From Candidatus Acidiferrales bacterium (GTDB lineage: Bacteria; Acidobacteriota; Terriglobia; Acidiferrales; UBA7541), in assembly GCA_031296075.1 (NCBI GenBank), contig JARLGK010000046.1, positions 13,274 to 77,273 on the forward strand: 64,000 bases of DNA. Direction: 5' to 3'. Of this stretch, positions 7,827 through 16,719 are shown in pieces. Both the position numbers and the translations under genes were made by a program. Each line of letters opens with the position of its first letter. Position 1 is the first letter of the stretch. The notes beneath the pieces were generated by a model, which worked only from the letters and a program-made list of their open reading frames with translations, ran no database searches and had not been told where the DNA came from.

Positions 7827-10800
7827 TCAAAAGTTAAAGCGGGCCTGCATGGCCATGGTGCGCATCGAGGCCGCGCTGGTCACGCGGCCAAAGAGCGAAA
7901 AGCCGGAGCCTGCTCCGCTGCCGGCGCCGCAAACGATTCCGGCGGCGTTGCCGGTCCCCGCCCCGGTTCCCGTCGTGCCGAAGCAAGGAAGGACGGTGCC
8001 GATGCCGTTGAAGTTCGCGGTGTTGGTGAGATTCTGGATCTGCCAACTCAGGTTCAGCGTGTGACGCCGATCCGGGCCAAACCGAAACGTCTTTGCCAAC
8101 GACATATTCCAATTGAAACTGCACGGCCCCTCCACGGCCCCGCGCGGCTCGTCGCCATAAGCCAGATTTCCGTTTGCGTCCGTAGGCAGGGCGAAGACGC
8201 CGGTATTGAAGTAGGCGGCCGGCGAGCCACCACAAATTCCCGTGTTCGGATTGCCGGTGATATTGGGGCGCAGGGAGAAATTGGCGCCGGTACCGTTGTC
8301 GGACGCAACGCCGCCCAGCAGGACGGTGAAAGGCGTGCCCGTCTGCCAGGTAAAAATATTCTGCAAACGCCAATCGCCGAACGCGCGCTCTTTCCAACCG
8401 CGATTGGCCCAGCGGCTCCTCTGGCCAAAGGGAAGCTCCCACATCGAAACGGCGCGGAATTGGTGGCGCACGTCGAACGTGGAAAGCCCGTATTCGCCGT
8501 GCAGATTGCCGTCTTGCTGCTCGACGGTGGCCGATCCGCCGCCGATGGAACTGGCGTCGTCGAGCGATTTCCCGTACGTGTAAATTCCCTGCAACATCAC
8601 TCCGTGAGTCAAGCGATGGACCACGCGCACCTGCAGCGCGTTGTAGATGGAGTTGGCGCCGGACTGATCGAACGTGAAGCCGGTGGCATTCTTATCGATG
8701 CGATGCGCCTGAATCTCGTCCGAAGGCGTTCCGAGCGGCGCGCGATTGGGCGCGCGCAGGATATCGAGATCGGTTCCCTTGGTGCCTGTATACGTGAGAT
8801 CCAAAATCCAACTGGGCGACAGGGTGGTTTCCGTGCCGAGGTTCCAGATCTGGGCATAGCCGTTCTTATAGAAGGGATCGACCGCCTGGGTATTCGAGAT
8901 GAAGCCGCTGCCCTGCTCGTTCTGAAATCCGTTCTTGAAAGTTAGAGGCGCGGTCGAAGTGGTGGTCAGGGTTTGAACGGTCGAAACCGGCGATTGATAG
9001 CCAAGCTCCCGCGCGAGCGTGTTGTAAATCGCCTCATTGTAGAAGATGGAATAGCCGGCGCGGAGGACGGTTTTGGGCTTGATGAACTTGGGCTGCCAGG
9101 CGAGACCGATGCGCGGCTCGAGATTCCCATAATTGCCGTGAACCAGAGCGCGCGGGAGGCCCGGAGCAGAAAGATTGGTCTGGCCGTGCGCAACGCGGAT
9201 CACATCCGAGAGGTTTGTAATGTCGAGATTCACGAGGTTGTCGTTCAGCTCGATCGGCGGAGTGACCGCCTCATAGCGCAGGCCATATTGAAGCGTGAAG
9301 GTTTTGCTGACGCGAAAATCGTCCTGCGCGAAGGCGGCCACGCCCCAACTGCGGAGGTAGAGGTTCGGGTTGCCGAATTGTTCCGTGGTGTTGAACGGAA
9401 GTCCGAGAAGGAAATCGGCAAAATCGTTGCCGGTGGCAAGACCCGTGAAAACGAAGCCGCCGCGCGGATTGGGATCGGACTGGGTATTCAATTGAATGCG
9501 GCGAAGCTCGCCGCCGAACGTCATGGTGTGCTTGACGTGCGTCCAAGTGAGACTGTCGGAAAAACGCAGGGTCTGATTGCGCACGAGCGACGGAATAGGA
9601 TCGTTCACGCCCGAGAAATTCGTGAAGCTGATCTGCGGTATGCCGAAGTCAATCGGCGAGACGGACACGCCGGTGATGCCGAGAATTCCCGCGATGTTCG
9701 TGCCGAATGAATTGTCGCTGAGCAGCTCGTTGCGGCTGCGGCTCCAATTCAGGTGGAGACTCTCGACCAGGCGCGGCGACCAATTGTGAGACAGCCCGAG
9801 GTCCACACTCTGGCTGCGCGTGGACTGGCGGCCGCCGATGTCCGCGAAGTTGCTGAGCGTGCGGGAGCGCTGCGAATTGAAGCTGTAGCCGCCGTTCACG
9901 TTGAATTTCGCGTTGATGGTGTGCAGGACGCGCGTACTGAAGATGTCGCTATTGAGCGGCGTGGTGGATTGCAGGAGATAGTTTTGTCCCGTGGCGCTCG
10001 GCAAGTTTGGCGGGGGAATGAAGGCGAGCAGCCCCTGCACCGCGGCGTTGTTTGCAAAGTCGCTCGCGGGGATCTGCTGGCATTCGGTACCGGCGGAGGG
10101 AAACGGAGTGGTCGTAAACGCCTCGAAAATCGTCGGGCCGCAAAACAGGCCGCCCCGCTCCGCGAGCGTGGGCACCGTAGAAAACGTGTTGACCGGATTC
10201 TTGGCGGTATCGTGCTGATAGTTGACGAAGAAATAGGTTTTGTCGCTGCCGTTGTAGATGTGCGGAATATTCAGCGGGCCGCCGACGGTGCCGCCAACGC
10301 GTTCGTCGTAGCTGCCGATCTTTGGAGAATTCGCCCCGGTGATCGAAAACGGTTTCGCGTCGAACGCGGAGTTCGTGTAGCGGTCGAATACCGTGAACCG
10401 GACGCGATTGACTTGCTGGCGAAGCAATCTGCCTACGGCTGCGCCGTTGGGGGCGCCGCGACCACCACCACCGAATCCACCTCCACCTCCGCCGCCGAAT
10501 AGCCCTCCCTGCTGGCCGAATCCACCAACACCACCGCCGGGACCTCCTGGACCTCCCGGACCTTGGCCGCCTGGGCCGAATCCGCCCGCAGATTGTGCCA
10601 AGCCGGCAAATCCGCCTGGCCCGCCGAAACCACCTGCCGAGAGGCCCTGGCCAACCGTTCCTTGCAGCAAGAACGAATCGGAGGAGCCACCGCCGGATGA
10701 AGCTGCAAGATTCGGCTGCGCCCCCGCATTTGGCCCTACCGTGGCTTCCTCGCCTTGTCCGCTCGCTGCCTCGGCAGTCAGATCGGTCTGCTGGAATCCG

Positions 10801-11471
10801 CCTGTCGCCAGGCCTTCGCGAACTGCGTTCAGAAGGCCGGGAGGAAGCTGCTGACCTCGCCCGCCGTTTCTGCCGCGGCTGCCTGGTGCGCCGCCCGACC
10901 CTGGCGCATTCGTGGCGTTGGGCTGGCCACCTCCCGGAGGTGCGCCGGGACCTTGACCGGAACCCTGACCCGAACCAGGACCGGCGCCGGGGCCAAAACG
11001 ACGGCCCGCTGGTCGGGAAGGCGCGGAAGATTCCGGCGGCGCGGCGAGTTCGGCGAGAGTGGCCACACGGAGCACCAGTTGAAGCGGTGGCGGCGCCGGG
11101 CCTCCGCCGAGCTGCAGATCGAGCGACGCGGGCACGAATCCAAGCTGGGATGCTTCGACCCTGTAGTGACCCGCCGGGAGAGCGGGAAATTCGAACTTGC
11201 CGGACTCGTCGGTCCAGCTGACGAAAACTTTCCTGGTGTCAGTATTCACGAGGCGCAGCGTGGCTCCCGGAACCGGAGAGCCATCGGCGGTGTGCACGGC
11301 CCCGGCTGCTGCGGCGGCGGGCGCGGAAGCCTGAGTGGATGCTTCGGCGGACGCCTGCGGTTGCGCCTGTTGCGCCGGCGCGGAAACAGCCGCGGGAATT
11401 GCGACAAAGAGCGCGGAGAGGCACGCGATTGTCAGGCGGATAATTTTCGGGCAGATCAGGTAGCGCAACAC
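7827..11471 (-). CDS. TonB-dependent-receptor-like outer-membrane barrel with N-terminal carboxypeptidase-regulatory-like domain and about 200-aa Gly-rich spacer
   Basis: Signal peptide ..LSALFVAIPAAVSAPAQQ. CarboxypepD_reg-like GAVHTADGSPVPGATLRLVNTDTRKVFVSWTDESGKFEFPALPAGHYRVEASQLGF. About 850 aa of long beta-barrel-type sequence ending with aromatic terminus ARFNF. GTG start at 11471. Confidence 0.85.
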   Translation of the reverse strand: MLRYLICPKIIRLTIACLSALFVAIPAAVSAPAQQAQPQASAEASTQASAPAAAAAGAVHTADGSPVPGATLRLVNTDTRKVFVSWTDESGKFEFPALPAGHYRVEASQLGFVPASLDLQLGGGPAPPPLQLVLRVATLAELAAPPESSAPSRPAGRRFGPGAGPGSGQGSGQGPGAPPGGGQPNATNAPGSGGAPGSRGRNGGRGQQLPPGLLNAVREGLATGGFQQTDLTAEAASGQGEEATVGPNAGAQPNLAASSGGGSSDSFLLQGTVGQGLSAGGFGGPGGFAGLAQSAGGFGPGGQGPGGPGGPGGGVGGFGQQGGLFGGGGGGGFGGGGRGAPNGAAVGRLLRQQVNRVRFTVFDRYTNSAFDAKPFSITGANSPKIGSYDERVGGTVGGPLNIPHIYNGSDKTYFFVNYQHDTAKNPVNTFSTVPTLAERGGLFCGPTIFEAFTTTPFPSAGTECQQIPASDFANNAAVQGLLAFIPPPNLPSATGQNYLLQSTTPLNSDIFSTRVLHTINAKFNVNGGYSFNSQRSRTLSNFADIGGRQSTRSQSVDLGLSHNWSPRLVESLHLNWSRSRNELLSDNSFGTNIAGILGITGVSVSPIDFGIPQISFTNFSGVNDPIPSLVRNQTLRFSDSLTWTHVKHTMTFGGELRRIQLNTQSDPNPRGGFVFTGLATGNDFADFLLGLPFNTTEQFGNPNLYLRSWGVAAFAQDDFRVSKTFTLQYGLRYEAVTPPIELNDNLVNLDITNLSDVIRVAHGQTNLSAPGLPRALVHGNYGNLEPRIGLAWQPKFIKPKTVLRAGYSIFYNEAIYNTLARELGYQSPVSTVQTLTTTSTAPLTFKNGFQNEQGSGFISNTQAVDPFYKNGYAQIWNLGTETTLSPSWILDLTYTGTKGTDLDILRAPNRAPLGTPSDEIQAHRIDKNATGFTFDQSGANSIYNALQVRVVHRLTHGVMLQGIYTYGKSLDDASSIGGGSATVEQQDGNLHGEYGLSTFDVRHQFRAVSMWELPFGQRSRWANRGWKERAFGDWRLQNIFTWQTGTPFTVLLGGVASDNGTGANFSLRPNITGNPNTGICGGSPAAYFNTGVFALPTDANGNLAYGDEPRGAVEGPCSFNWNMSLAKTFRFGPDRRHTLNLSWQIQNLTNTANFNGIGTVLPCFGTTGTGAGTGNAAGIVCGAGSGAGSGFSLFGRVTSAASMRTMAMQARFNF

Positions 11472-11541
11472 CGTTCTCTCAGCTTAGGGAATCCGCGCGC
11501 GACTGCAATAATTCTGTTGGACGGTGTCGCGCACGCGCAGG

Positions 11542-12432
11542 TTACCCGCCCGACGGCGCAGGATCGTATACGAGGCGGAAGGTCACCGGCTTCTTGAGCC
11601 GCGGACTCTCCATTTTCGTCGTCACGAAAAGCTGCTTCCCGTCAGGAGACAACTCATACGTGCGCGTGGTGCTGCTGCCTTCGCGCCTGCCCGGCGTAAC
11701 CGCGACGAGCTGGGTACCTTGCCACCGCGCGGCCGGAGGAGCGCTCGCGCTGTCGCTGTCGGTGTGAGCGCTCGATCCACTCGATCCGCTACCGGCAGGA
11801 GCTGTCGATGAGCTGTTCGACGGGCTCGACGACGATCCGGTGGATGGATTTGCGTGGGAGGAATCGGTGGCTGAATAGAGCGCGAGTACGGCGCCGGATT
11901 CGCCTGTCACTTTCGCGGACGAAGCGGTCTGCTCGATGGTGATCTGCGAGAGATCGTTCATGGCGTTGCCCGAGCCTTCTTGGCCGCCGCGCCTGCCGCC
12001 GCCTGCGCCTTGACCACCGCCTCCCCTGCCACCCCAGCCGCCGCCACCGCCCATGCCTCCGCCACCACCCATGCCGCCACCCATGCCGACGTGGACACGG
12101 CTACCTCCGCCACCTTGCCCACCTTGGCCTCTGGAGTTGCCGGACTGCTGCATCATCTCGCGAGGATCGTCGCTTTCGTCCTTGTTCAGCGCCCAGGTGC
12201 CGGAAAGGTTGGGCTTGCTGCCGATCTCAGCGGGCGCCGCGGCTCGCGGCGATGGCGGGGGCTGGTCCGAAGGTGCAGCTGCGGGAAGCGGTCCTGCTGA
12301 CGCGCCCTGAGCGCGGGCGCGGCTTGCCGGAAACAGAAGCGCGGCCGCCGCGAAGATGGCGAGGATGATCCACCACAAGAACAACTCTCTCAGATTTTTC
12401 GGCTTCTCGTTATTGAGCGCTGTCGTGGCCAT
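11542..12432 (-). CDS. Secreted hypothetical protein with internal Gly/Met-rich and Ser-rich inserts
   Basis: ATG at 12432 is preceded by AGGAGG. TM/signal LFLWWIILAIFAAAALLFPASRARAQ. GGQGGGGSRVHVGMGGGMGGGGGMGGGGGWGGRGGGG tract. Structured-looking C-terminus WQGTQLVAVTPGRREGSSTTRTYELSPDGKQLFVTTKMESPRLKKPVTFRLVYD. Confidence 0.7.
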   Translation of the reverse strand: MATTALNNEKPKNLRELFLWWIILAIFAAAALLFPASRARAQGASAGPLPAAAPSDQPPPSPRAAAPAEIGSKPNLSGTWALNKDESDDPREMMQQSGNSRGQGGQGGGGSRVHVGMGGGMGGGGGMGGGGGWGGRGGGGQGAGGGRRGGQEGSGNAMNDLSQITIEQTASSAKVTGESGAVLALYSATDSSHANPSTGSSSSPSNSSSTAPAGSGSSGSSAHTDSDSASAPPAARWQGTQLVAVTPGRREGSSTTRTYELSPDGKQLFVTTKMESPRLKKPVTFRLVYDPAPSGG

Positions 12433-12641
12433 TGAGGACCTCCTGCGAAGTGGCATGTGCAAGGTTCCGATTCGCGCGGCTTAGTTTGGCGCGCCCCCAC
12501 ACGGTGATGATTCCTTTCACGGCACGCGATAGTTCCAAAAGCTGAGGGAATGCTTTCCAGCCCGCCGCGTCCTCTTGTATGATGCCACTCATCATGCTTC
12601 CGTTCACACGACGACCGTGCAAGCCGCGTCCGCATCACCCG

Positions 12642-12655
12642 CGGGGTTAACCCCG
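12642..12655. repeat. Perfect 14-bp palindrome CGGGGTTAACCCCG (REP-like)
   Basis: Intergenic, upstream of proC. Resembles GCGGGGTTGAAACCCCGC at 15951. Confidence 0.35.
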
Positions 12656-12751
12656 GCGCGCCCGCGCGGGCGCGAGCAGCAGGCCGATGGAATGCGGAAA
12701 TCTTCCCAACGAAGTGACCCGATTCAAAAGCGCGAAAGGGGAACAAATCAA

Positions 12752-13588
12752 ATGGCACACTCGGGAACCCAAATGCGACTGGCCGTGCTGGGCGCGGGGA
12801 AAATGGGCGGCATCCTGATTGAGGCGTTCGTGAAGCAGGGGCTCGTCGCGCCCCAAAACATTTTCGCGACCGTGCAGCATGCCGCGGCCGAGCGCAAGAA
12901 CGCTTCCAAGCTGCCTGTGACCCTGAGCAACAACAATCGCGCGGCGGCGAAAAAAGCGGACGTAATTTTCCTGTGCGTGAAGCCGCAGACCGTGGGCCAG
13001 GTGGTGGACGAAATTCGCGGGGAGCTGAACGACAAGAAGCTGGTGATTTCGATTGCGGCGTCGGTGCCCACCGACTACATCGAGCGGCGGCTGCGCGGGA
13101 AAGTTCCCGTGATTCGCGCCATGCCCAACACTCCGTCGGTGGTCGGCGCGGGGATCACCGCGATCGCAACCGGGAAATTCGCGGGGCCAAAGGACGTGGA
13201 AACGGCGCGAAAACTTTTCGACGCGGTCGGCAGGACCGTGGTCGTGGACGAAAAACACATGGACGCGGTGACGGGATTGTCGGCGAGCGGGCCGGCGTTC
13301 ATCTACATCATTCTGGAATCGCTGGCGGAGGGCGGCGTGAAAGTGGGGCTTTCGAGGGAACTCGCGACGCTGCTCGCCGCGCAGATGACGCTGGGCGCGG
13401 CGAAAATGGTGATCGAGACCGGGCACCATCCGGCGCTGCTGAAAGATACGGTGACGACTCCTGCGGGCTGCACGATTGACGGCATCCTCGAACTCGAGGA
13501 GGGCGGATTGCGCGTCACGCTGATCAAGGCGGTGGTCAAGGCGGCACAGCGCGCCAAGGAATTGCTAGTAACGGACGAAAAGGCCTAG
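12752..13588 (+). CDS. proC: Pyrroline-5-carboxylate reductase
   Basis: MRLAVLGAGKMGG Rossmann motif. ..VIRAMPNTPSVVGAGITAI.., ..SASGPAFIYIILESLAEGGVKVGLSRE.. and TPAGCTIDGILELEEGGLR are all typical ProC blocks. Start at ATG 12752 (MAHSGTQMRLAVLG). Confidence 0.92.
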   Translation: MAHSGTQMRLAVLGAGKMGGILIEAFVKQGLVAPQNIFATVQHAAAERKNASKLPVTLSNNNRAAAKKADVIFLCVKPQTVGQVVDEIRGELNDKKLVISIAASVPTDYIERRLRGKVPVIRAMPNTPSVVGAGITAIATGKFAGPKDVETARKLFDAVGRTVVVDEKHMDAVTGLSASGPAFIYIILESLAEGGVKVGLSRELATLLAAQMTLGAAKMVIETGHHPALLKDTVTTPAGCTIDGILELEEGGLRVTLIKAVVKAAQRAKELLVTDEKA

Positions 13589-13794
13589 CTCTTCATCAAG
13601 AGCACGTTCACCGCCTTGACGATCACCTCGACCTTGTCGCCCTTCTTGATTCCGAGTTCCTTCAGTGATTCGAGCGTCATCACCGAGGCCATCGCGGATG
13701 ATGCGGGAATATTGAGCTTCACCAGGCACATTACGCTGCCCTTCTTGATCTCCGTCACTTTGCCGACGATGCGGTTGCGCGCTCCCACTTTCAT
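13585..13794 (-). CDS. TOBE-domain molybdate/tungstate-binding (Mop-like) small protein
   Basis: 69 aa: MKVGARNRIVGKVTEIKKGSVMCLVKLNI..GDKVEVIVKAVNVLLMK. ARN.L.G.V motif and single TOBE fold length. GGGAG upstream of the ATG at 13794. Confidence 0.75.
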   Translation of the reverse strand: MKVGARNRIVGKVTEIKKGSVMCLVKLNIPASSAMASVMTLESLKELGIKKGDKVEVIVKAVNVLLMKS

Positions 13795-13882
13795 GTTTTG
13801 CTCCCGTGGACTATAGTCCCGTTTCCGACCCGGCATTCCGAGCCGGTCCAGACAGGTTACTACGAGCCGAGGAGATTACGAC

Positions 13883-14857
13883 ATGAAAGCGATTCGAGTC
13901 ACGCAGAACGGCGACCCAAGCGTTCTGCAGCTTCAGGAAATTCCGCAACCCACGGCTGGACCCGGCGAGGCGCTGGTTTGCGTTCACGCGGCGGGCGTGA
14001 ATTATGCGGATGTGTACTTTCGAAATGGCTCCGCGCGCATACCGATTCCCTTCCCCTTCACACTGGGCATCGAGGGATCGGGAACCGTCGAGGCGGTGGG
14101 TGACGGCGTGAGCGAAGTGAAGGTGGGCGACCGCGTGGCATACGCGACCATGGGCGTGGGATCCTACGCCGAATACCAGGTGGTGAAGGCCGCAGTGCTG
14201 GCGCCGCTTCCGAAAGAGGTCAGCTTCGACGACGGCGCGGCCGCGATCCTGCAAGGATTGACCGCTCACTATCTCCTGTTTGAGTTTTATCCCATCAAGC
14301 GCGGTTCCACGGTTCTGGTGCACGCCGCCGCGGGAGGCGTGGGACTCTTGCTCGTCCAATGGCTGAAACATTTGGGAGCCGTGGCCATCGGGACGGTCTC
14401 GACCGAAGAAAAGGCCAAGGTCGCGCGAGAGGCGGGCGCGGATCACGTGATCGTCTACACGAAGCAGGATTTCGCCGAGGAAGCGAAGAAAATCACCAAT
14501 GGTAAAGGCGTGGATTACATTATCGACGGCGTGGGCAAGACGACGTTTACGAAGAATCTGGACGCAGTTCGGAACCGTGGCTGGGCGACGGTCTTCGGCA
14601 TGGCCAGCGGTCCGGCGGATCCTCTGAGCCCGAACGCGCTGATGACCAAGTCCATCACCATTTCCGGTGGCGCGCTGTTCAATTACATCGTGACGCGTGA
14701 GGAGCTTCTCGGCCGCGCGAACGATTTGTTCCGGGCGATCCGCGAAGGCTGGCTCAAGCTGCGAATTGACCACGCCTTCCCTCTCGCGCAAGCGGCGGAA
14801 GCGCATCGCCTGCTCGAGGGCCGCAAAACGATGGGAAAGTTAATTCTGGCCGTCTAG
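13883..14857 (+). CDS. NADPH:quinone oxidoreductase (zinc-type alcohol dehydrogenase superfamily, Qor-like)
   Basis: MKAIRVTQNGDPSVLQLQEIPQPTAGPGEALVCVHAAGVNYADVYFRNG.., VLVHAAAGGVGLLLVQWLK nucleotide-binding motif, ..AHRLLEGRKTMGKLIL end. Confidence 0.88.
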   Translation: MKAIRVTQNGDPSVLQLQEIPQPTAGPGEALVCVHAAGVNYADVYFRNGSARIPIPFPFTLGIEGSGTVEAVGDGVSEVKVGDRVAYATMGVGSYAEYQVVKAAVLAPLPKEVSFDDGAAAILQGLTAHYLLFEFYPIKRGSTVLVHAAAGGVGLLLVQWLKHLGAVAIGTVSTEEKAKVAREAGADHVIVYTKQDFAEEAKKITNGKGVDYIIDGVGKTTFTKNLDAVRNRGWATVFGMASGPADPLSPNALMTKSITISGGALFNYIVTREELLGRANDLFRAIREGWLKLRIDHAFPLAQAAEAHRLLEGRKTMGKLILAV

Positions 14858-14890
14858 TTCGCAATCGTCGGCTGACGCGCCGCAACGTTT

Positions 14891-14907
14891 CCAGGGCTAA
14901 AGCCCGT
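14891..14907. repeat. 17-nt REP-like element CCAGGGCTAAAGCCCGT (copy 1)
   Basis: Contains hairpin GGGCT-AA-AGCCC. An identical 17-mer recurs at 15914..15930. Confidence 0.6.
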
Positions 14908-15039
14908 GGCATGTTTGGATGGCTATTCGTGGGCCTGCCCTTCTGCTTCGCTCAGGGTAAAAAAGGCCCACGCTTTCACCTTTCCGTCATCGGAGCGGGA
15001 TTTCTGGCAAGATTTCGCGCTTATCGGTAGGATAAAGAT

Positions 15040-15849
15040 ATGGAGATTGATCGCAAGGCGTTTCTCGACAGCCTGGGAGGCGCAGAGGGCGTGAAGCGCA
15101 TGGACGCCGAGGCGCGCGCCGACGCGCTCGAGAATCGCATGATGTCTGAATTGAACTCAGCGGTGACTGCGAAAAAATATCCTACGGCGGCGGAAGTCGA
15201 GGCGCAGATCGAGACGCGTCCCTATCGCGCAGGGGCGGGCTTTTTGATCGTGCCGCGCGCCGGTGGCAATGTGAAAAAGCTTCCGCCCATGCCGGCCAAT
15301 CCCACGCTGCAGGATTACTTCAGGCTTCGATTTAACGACACCGCCAATCACGTGTTGCAGAGCGCGAACCTGGCGATGAAGAACGGCATGTCGGAAGAGA
15401 TCGTCCTCGCGTGCCTGCTTCACGACGTGGTGCAGGAAATCATGCGAACGGATCATGGATGGTGGGGCGCGCAACTATTCGAGCCGTACGTCTCGGAGAA
15501 AGTCGCGTTCGCGATTCGCTATCACCAGGCGCTGCGATACTACGCCGATCCCTCGGTGGGATACGAATACCCCGATCTCTACCGGGAATTGTTCGGCGCG
15601 GATTACGTCCCGCCGCCGTATATCGAAGCGACTTACCAGATGGTCCGCAAACACAAGTGGTACATGGAGCCGCGCATGGTCGCGGTGAACGACTTGTATG
15701 CGTTCGATCCGAATGTGGTGGTCACAATCGAGCCCTTCCTCGACATCATCGGGCGCCATTTCAAGCAGCCGAAAGAGGGATTGGGGAATGACGGCAGCCC
15801 GGTCGCTCACATGTGGCGCACGATTTCGCGACCCGATCAGCCTCTGTAG
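15040..15849 (+). CDS. HD-domain protein, myo-inositol-oxygenase-like (MIOX/PhnZ-type diiron HD family) candidate
   Basis: LACLLHDVVQEIMRTDHGWWGAQL and AIRYHQALRYY resemble the LLHD..G and (V/I)R(F/Y)HSFYP blocks of MIOX-type HD proteins. The CDS itself is well supported by length and codon bias. The family assignment is tentative. Confidence 0.6.
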   Translation: MEIDRKAFLDSLGGAEGVKRMDAEARADALENRMMSELNSAVTAKKYPTAAEVEAQIETRPYRAGAGFLIVPRAGGNVKKLPPMPANPTLQDYFRLRFNDTANHVLQSANLAMKNGMSEEIVLACLLHDVVQEIMRTDHGWWGAQLFEPYVSEKVAFAIRYHQALRYYADPSVGYEYPDLYRELFGADYVPPPYIEATYQMVRKHKWYMEPRMVAVNDLYAFDPNVVVTIEPFLDIIGRHFKQPKEGLGNDGSPVAHMWRTISRPDQPL

Positions 15850-15913
15850 GAAGAATCAGCGAGACATGAACGGCGTGCAGAGCGCGCCTTGCGGCGGCAA
15901 TGCGAAGAGAGTC

Positions 15914-15930
15914 CCAGGGCTAAAGCCCGT
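15914..15930. repeat. 17-nt REP-like element CCAGGGCTAAAGCCCGT (copy 2)
   Basis: Exact repeat of 14891..14907, 1,023 bp away. The two copies bracket the HD-domain gene. Confidence 0.6.
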
Positions 15931-15950
15931 TTCAGACTGCCGCATTTTTC

Positions 15951-15968
15951 GCGGGGTTGAAACCCCGC
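15951..15968. repeat. REP-like hairpin GCGGGGT-TGAA-ACCCCGC
   Basis: 7-bp perfect stem with TGAA loop, in the same intergenic spacer as 15914 and 16038. Confidence 0.45.
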
Positions 15969-16037
15969 ACTTCCACCCAGCGGTGCCGCGCGTGTCCTGC
16001 GGGCGATTTCGCCTTGATCCTTACTGCGGAAAAAACG

Positions 16038-16066
16038 CCAGCAGGATGCTGGTGCTACGAAGAGCC
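16038..16066. repeat. REP-like element: hairpin CCAGCA-GGA-TGCTGG + TGCTACGAAGAGCC tail
   Basis: The tail GCTACGAAG is identical to that of the element at 7775. It abuts the stop codon of the YceI gene. Confidence 0.45.
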
Positions 16067-16716
16067 TACTGTGCAGGAGAGATTCGCGCGGAGGCGTGGA
16101 TCTCGACGTTCACCGTGTCGCTGACGTGAAGGAGAAACGTGCTCGGATTCTTGAGTCCCCATTTCACATAGGGGACGCCGAACTGCGTCGAAGCCTGCAG
16201 TGACCCGCCCGCGCCCGGCAGCACCGAAAACGTGAGCGTTACTGGATCGTCCTGGCCGTGGAGGCGGATGACGCCGGACACCTCGACCTGAGAGGATCCT
16301 GTTTTTGGAATCGCGCCCTTGATTTGCGCCGGGGTGAAGACAATCTCCGGAAATTTGGCGCTTTCGAGAATTTGCGTGTGCATGTTCTTGTCGCGCGAAG
16401 TGTTGTCGGTGTTTCCGCTGGTCGCATCAATCACGATAGCGCCGCTGACATGCCCCGTCGCGGGGTCCCAGTGAATCTCCCCGTTCTTCAATTTAAACGT
16501 CCCGTGAACCGTATGCATCGTGGCTGCCAGCGTGAATTCGATTTTCGTGGCGGCCGGATCGAGGGTAATCACCGATTCCTGCGCGTGAAGCGCCGGAGCG
16601 AAAATGACGAGGCAAGCAACTACTAGAAGAGAACGGCTCCACCGCAGAGACGCAGGGAACGCAGGGGGGACAAAACCATCGTCGCGCGCGTGCCAAAAAT
16701 TAGGGTGAGGACTCAT
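16066..16716 (-). CDS. YceI-family (lipid/polyisoprenoid-binding, lipocalin-like) secreted protein
   Basis: Signal LLVVACLVIFAPALHAQ. TKIEFTLAATMHTVHGTFKLKNGEIHWDPATGHVSGAIVIDATSGNTDNTSRDKNMHTQILESAKFPEIVF matches the YceI core pattern. 3-nt gap to the upstream gene. Confidence 0.82.
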   Translation of the reverse strand: MSPHPNFWHARDDGFVPPAFPASLRWSRSLLVVACLVIFAPALHAQESVITLDPAATKIEFTLAATMHTVHGTFKLKNGEIHWDPATGHVSGAIVIDATSGNTDNTSRDKNMHTQILESAKFPEIVFTPAQIKGAIPKTGSSQVEVSGVIRLHGQDDPVTLTFSVLPGAGGSLQASTQFGVPYVKWGLKNPSTFLLHVSDTVNVEIHASARISPAQ

Positions 16717-16719
16717 CTG

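Noticed and set aside
13795-13882. Moco riboswitch upstream of the Mop-like TOBE gene.
   Set aside because: The spacer is only 88 nt and is shared with the divergent qor-like gene. It lacks the conserved Moco-motif elements, and only a weak imperfect inverted repeat is present.
13811-14806. Long ORFs antisense to, or out of frame with, well-supported genes. Examples: 331 aa at 13811..14806 opposite the qor-like gene; 413 aa at 58034..59275 opposite the PQQ dehydrogenase; 336 aa at 57017..58027 opposite acs; 423 aa at 7674..8945; 336 aa at 51673..52683; 294 aa at 48755..49639.
   Set aside because: These are typical high-GC shadow ORFs. Their composition is Arg/Ala/Gly/Pro-dominated, and they have no signal peptides, motifs or RBSs. 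Each overlaps a gene with clear family signatures on the other strand or frame.
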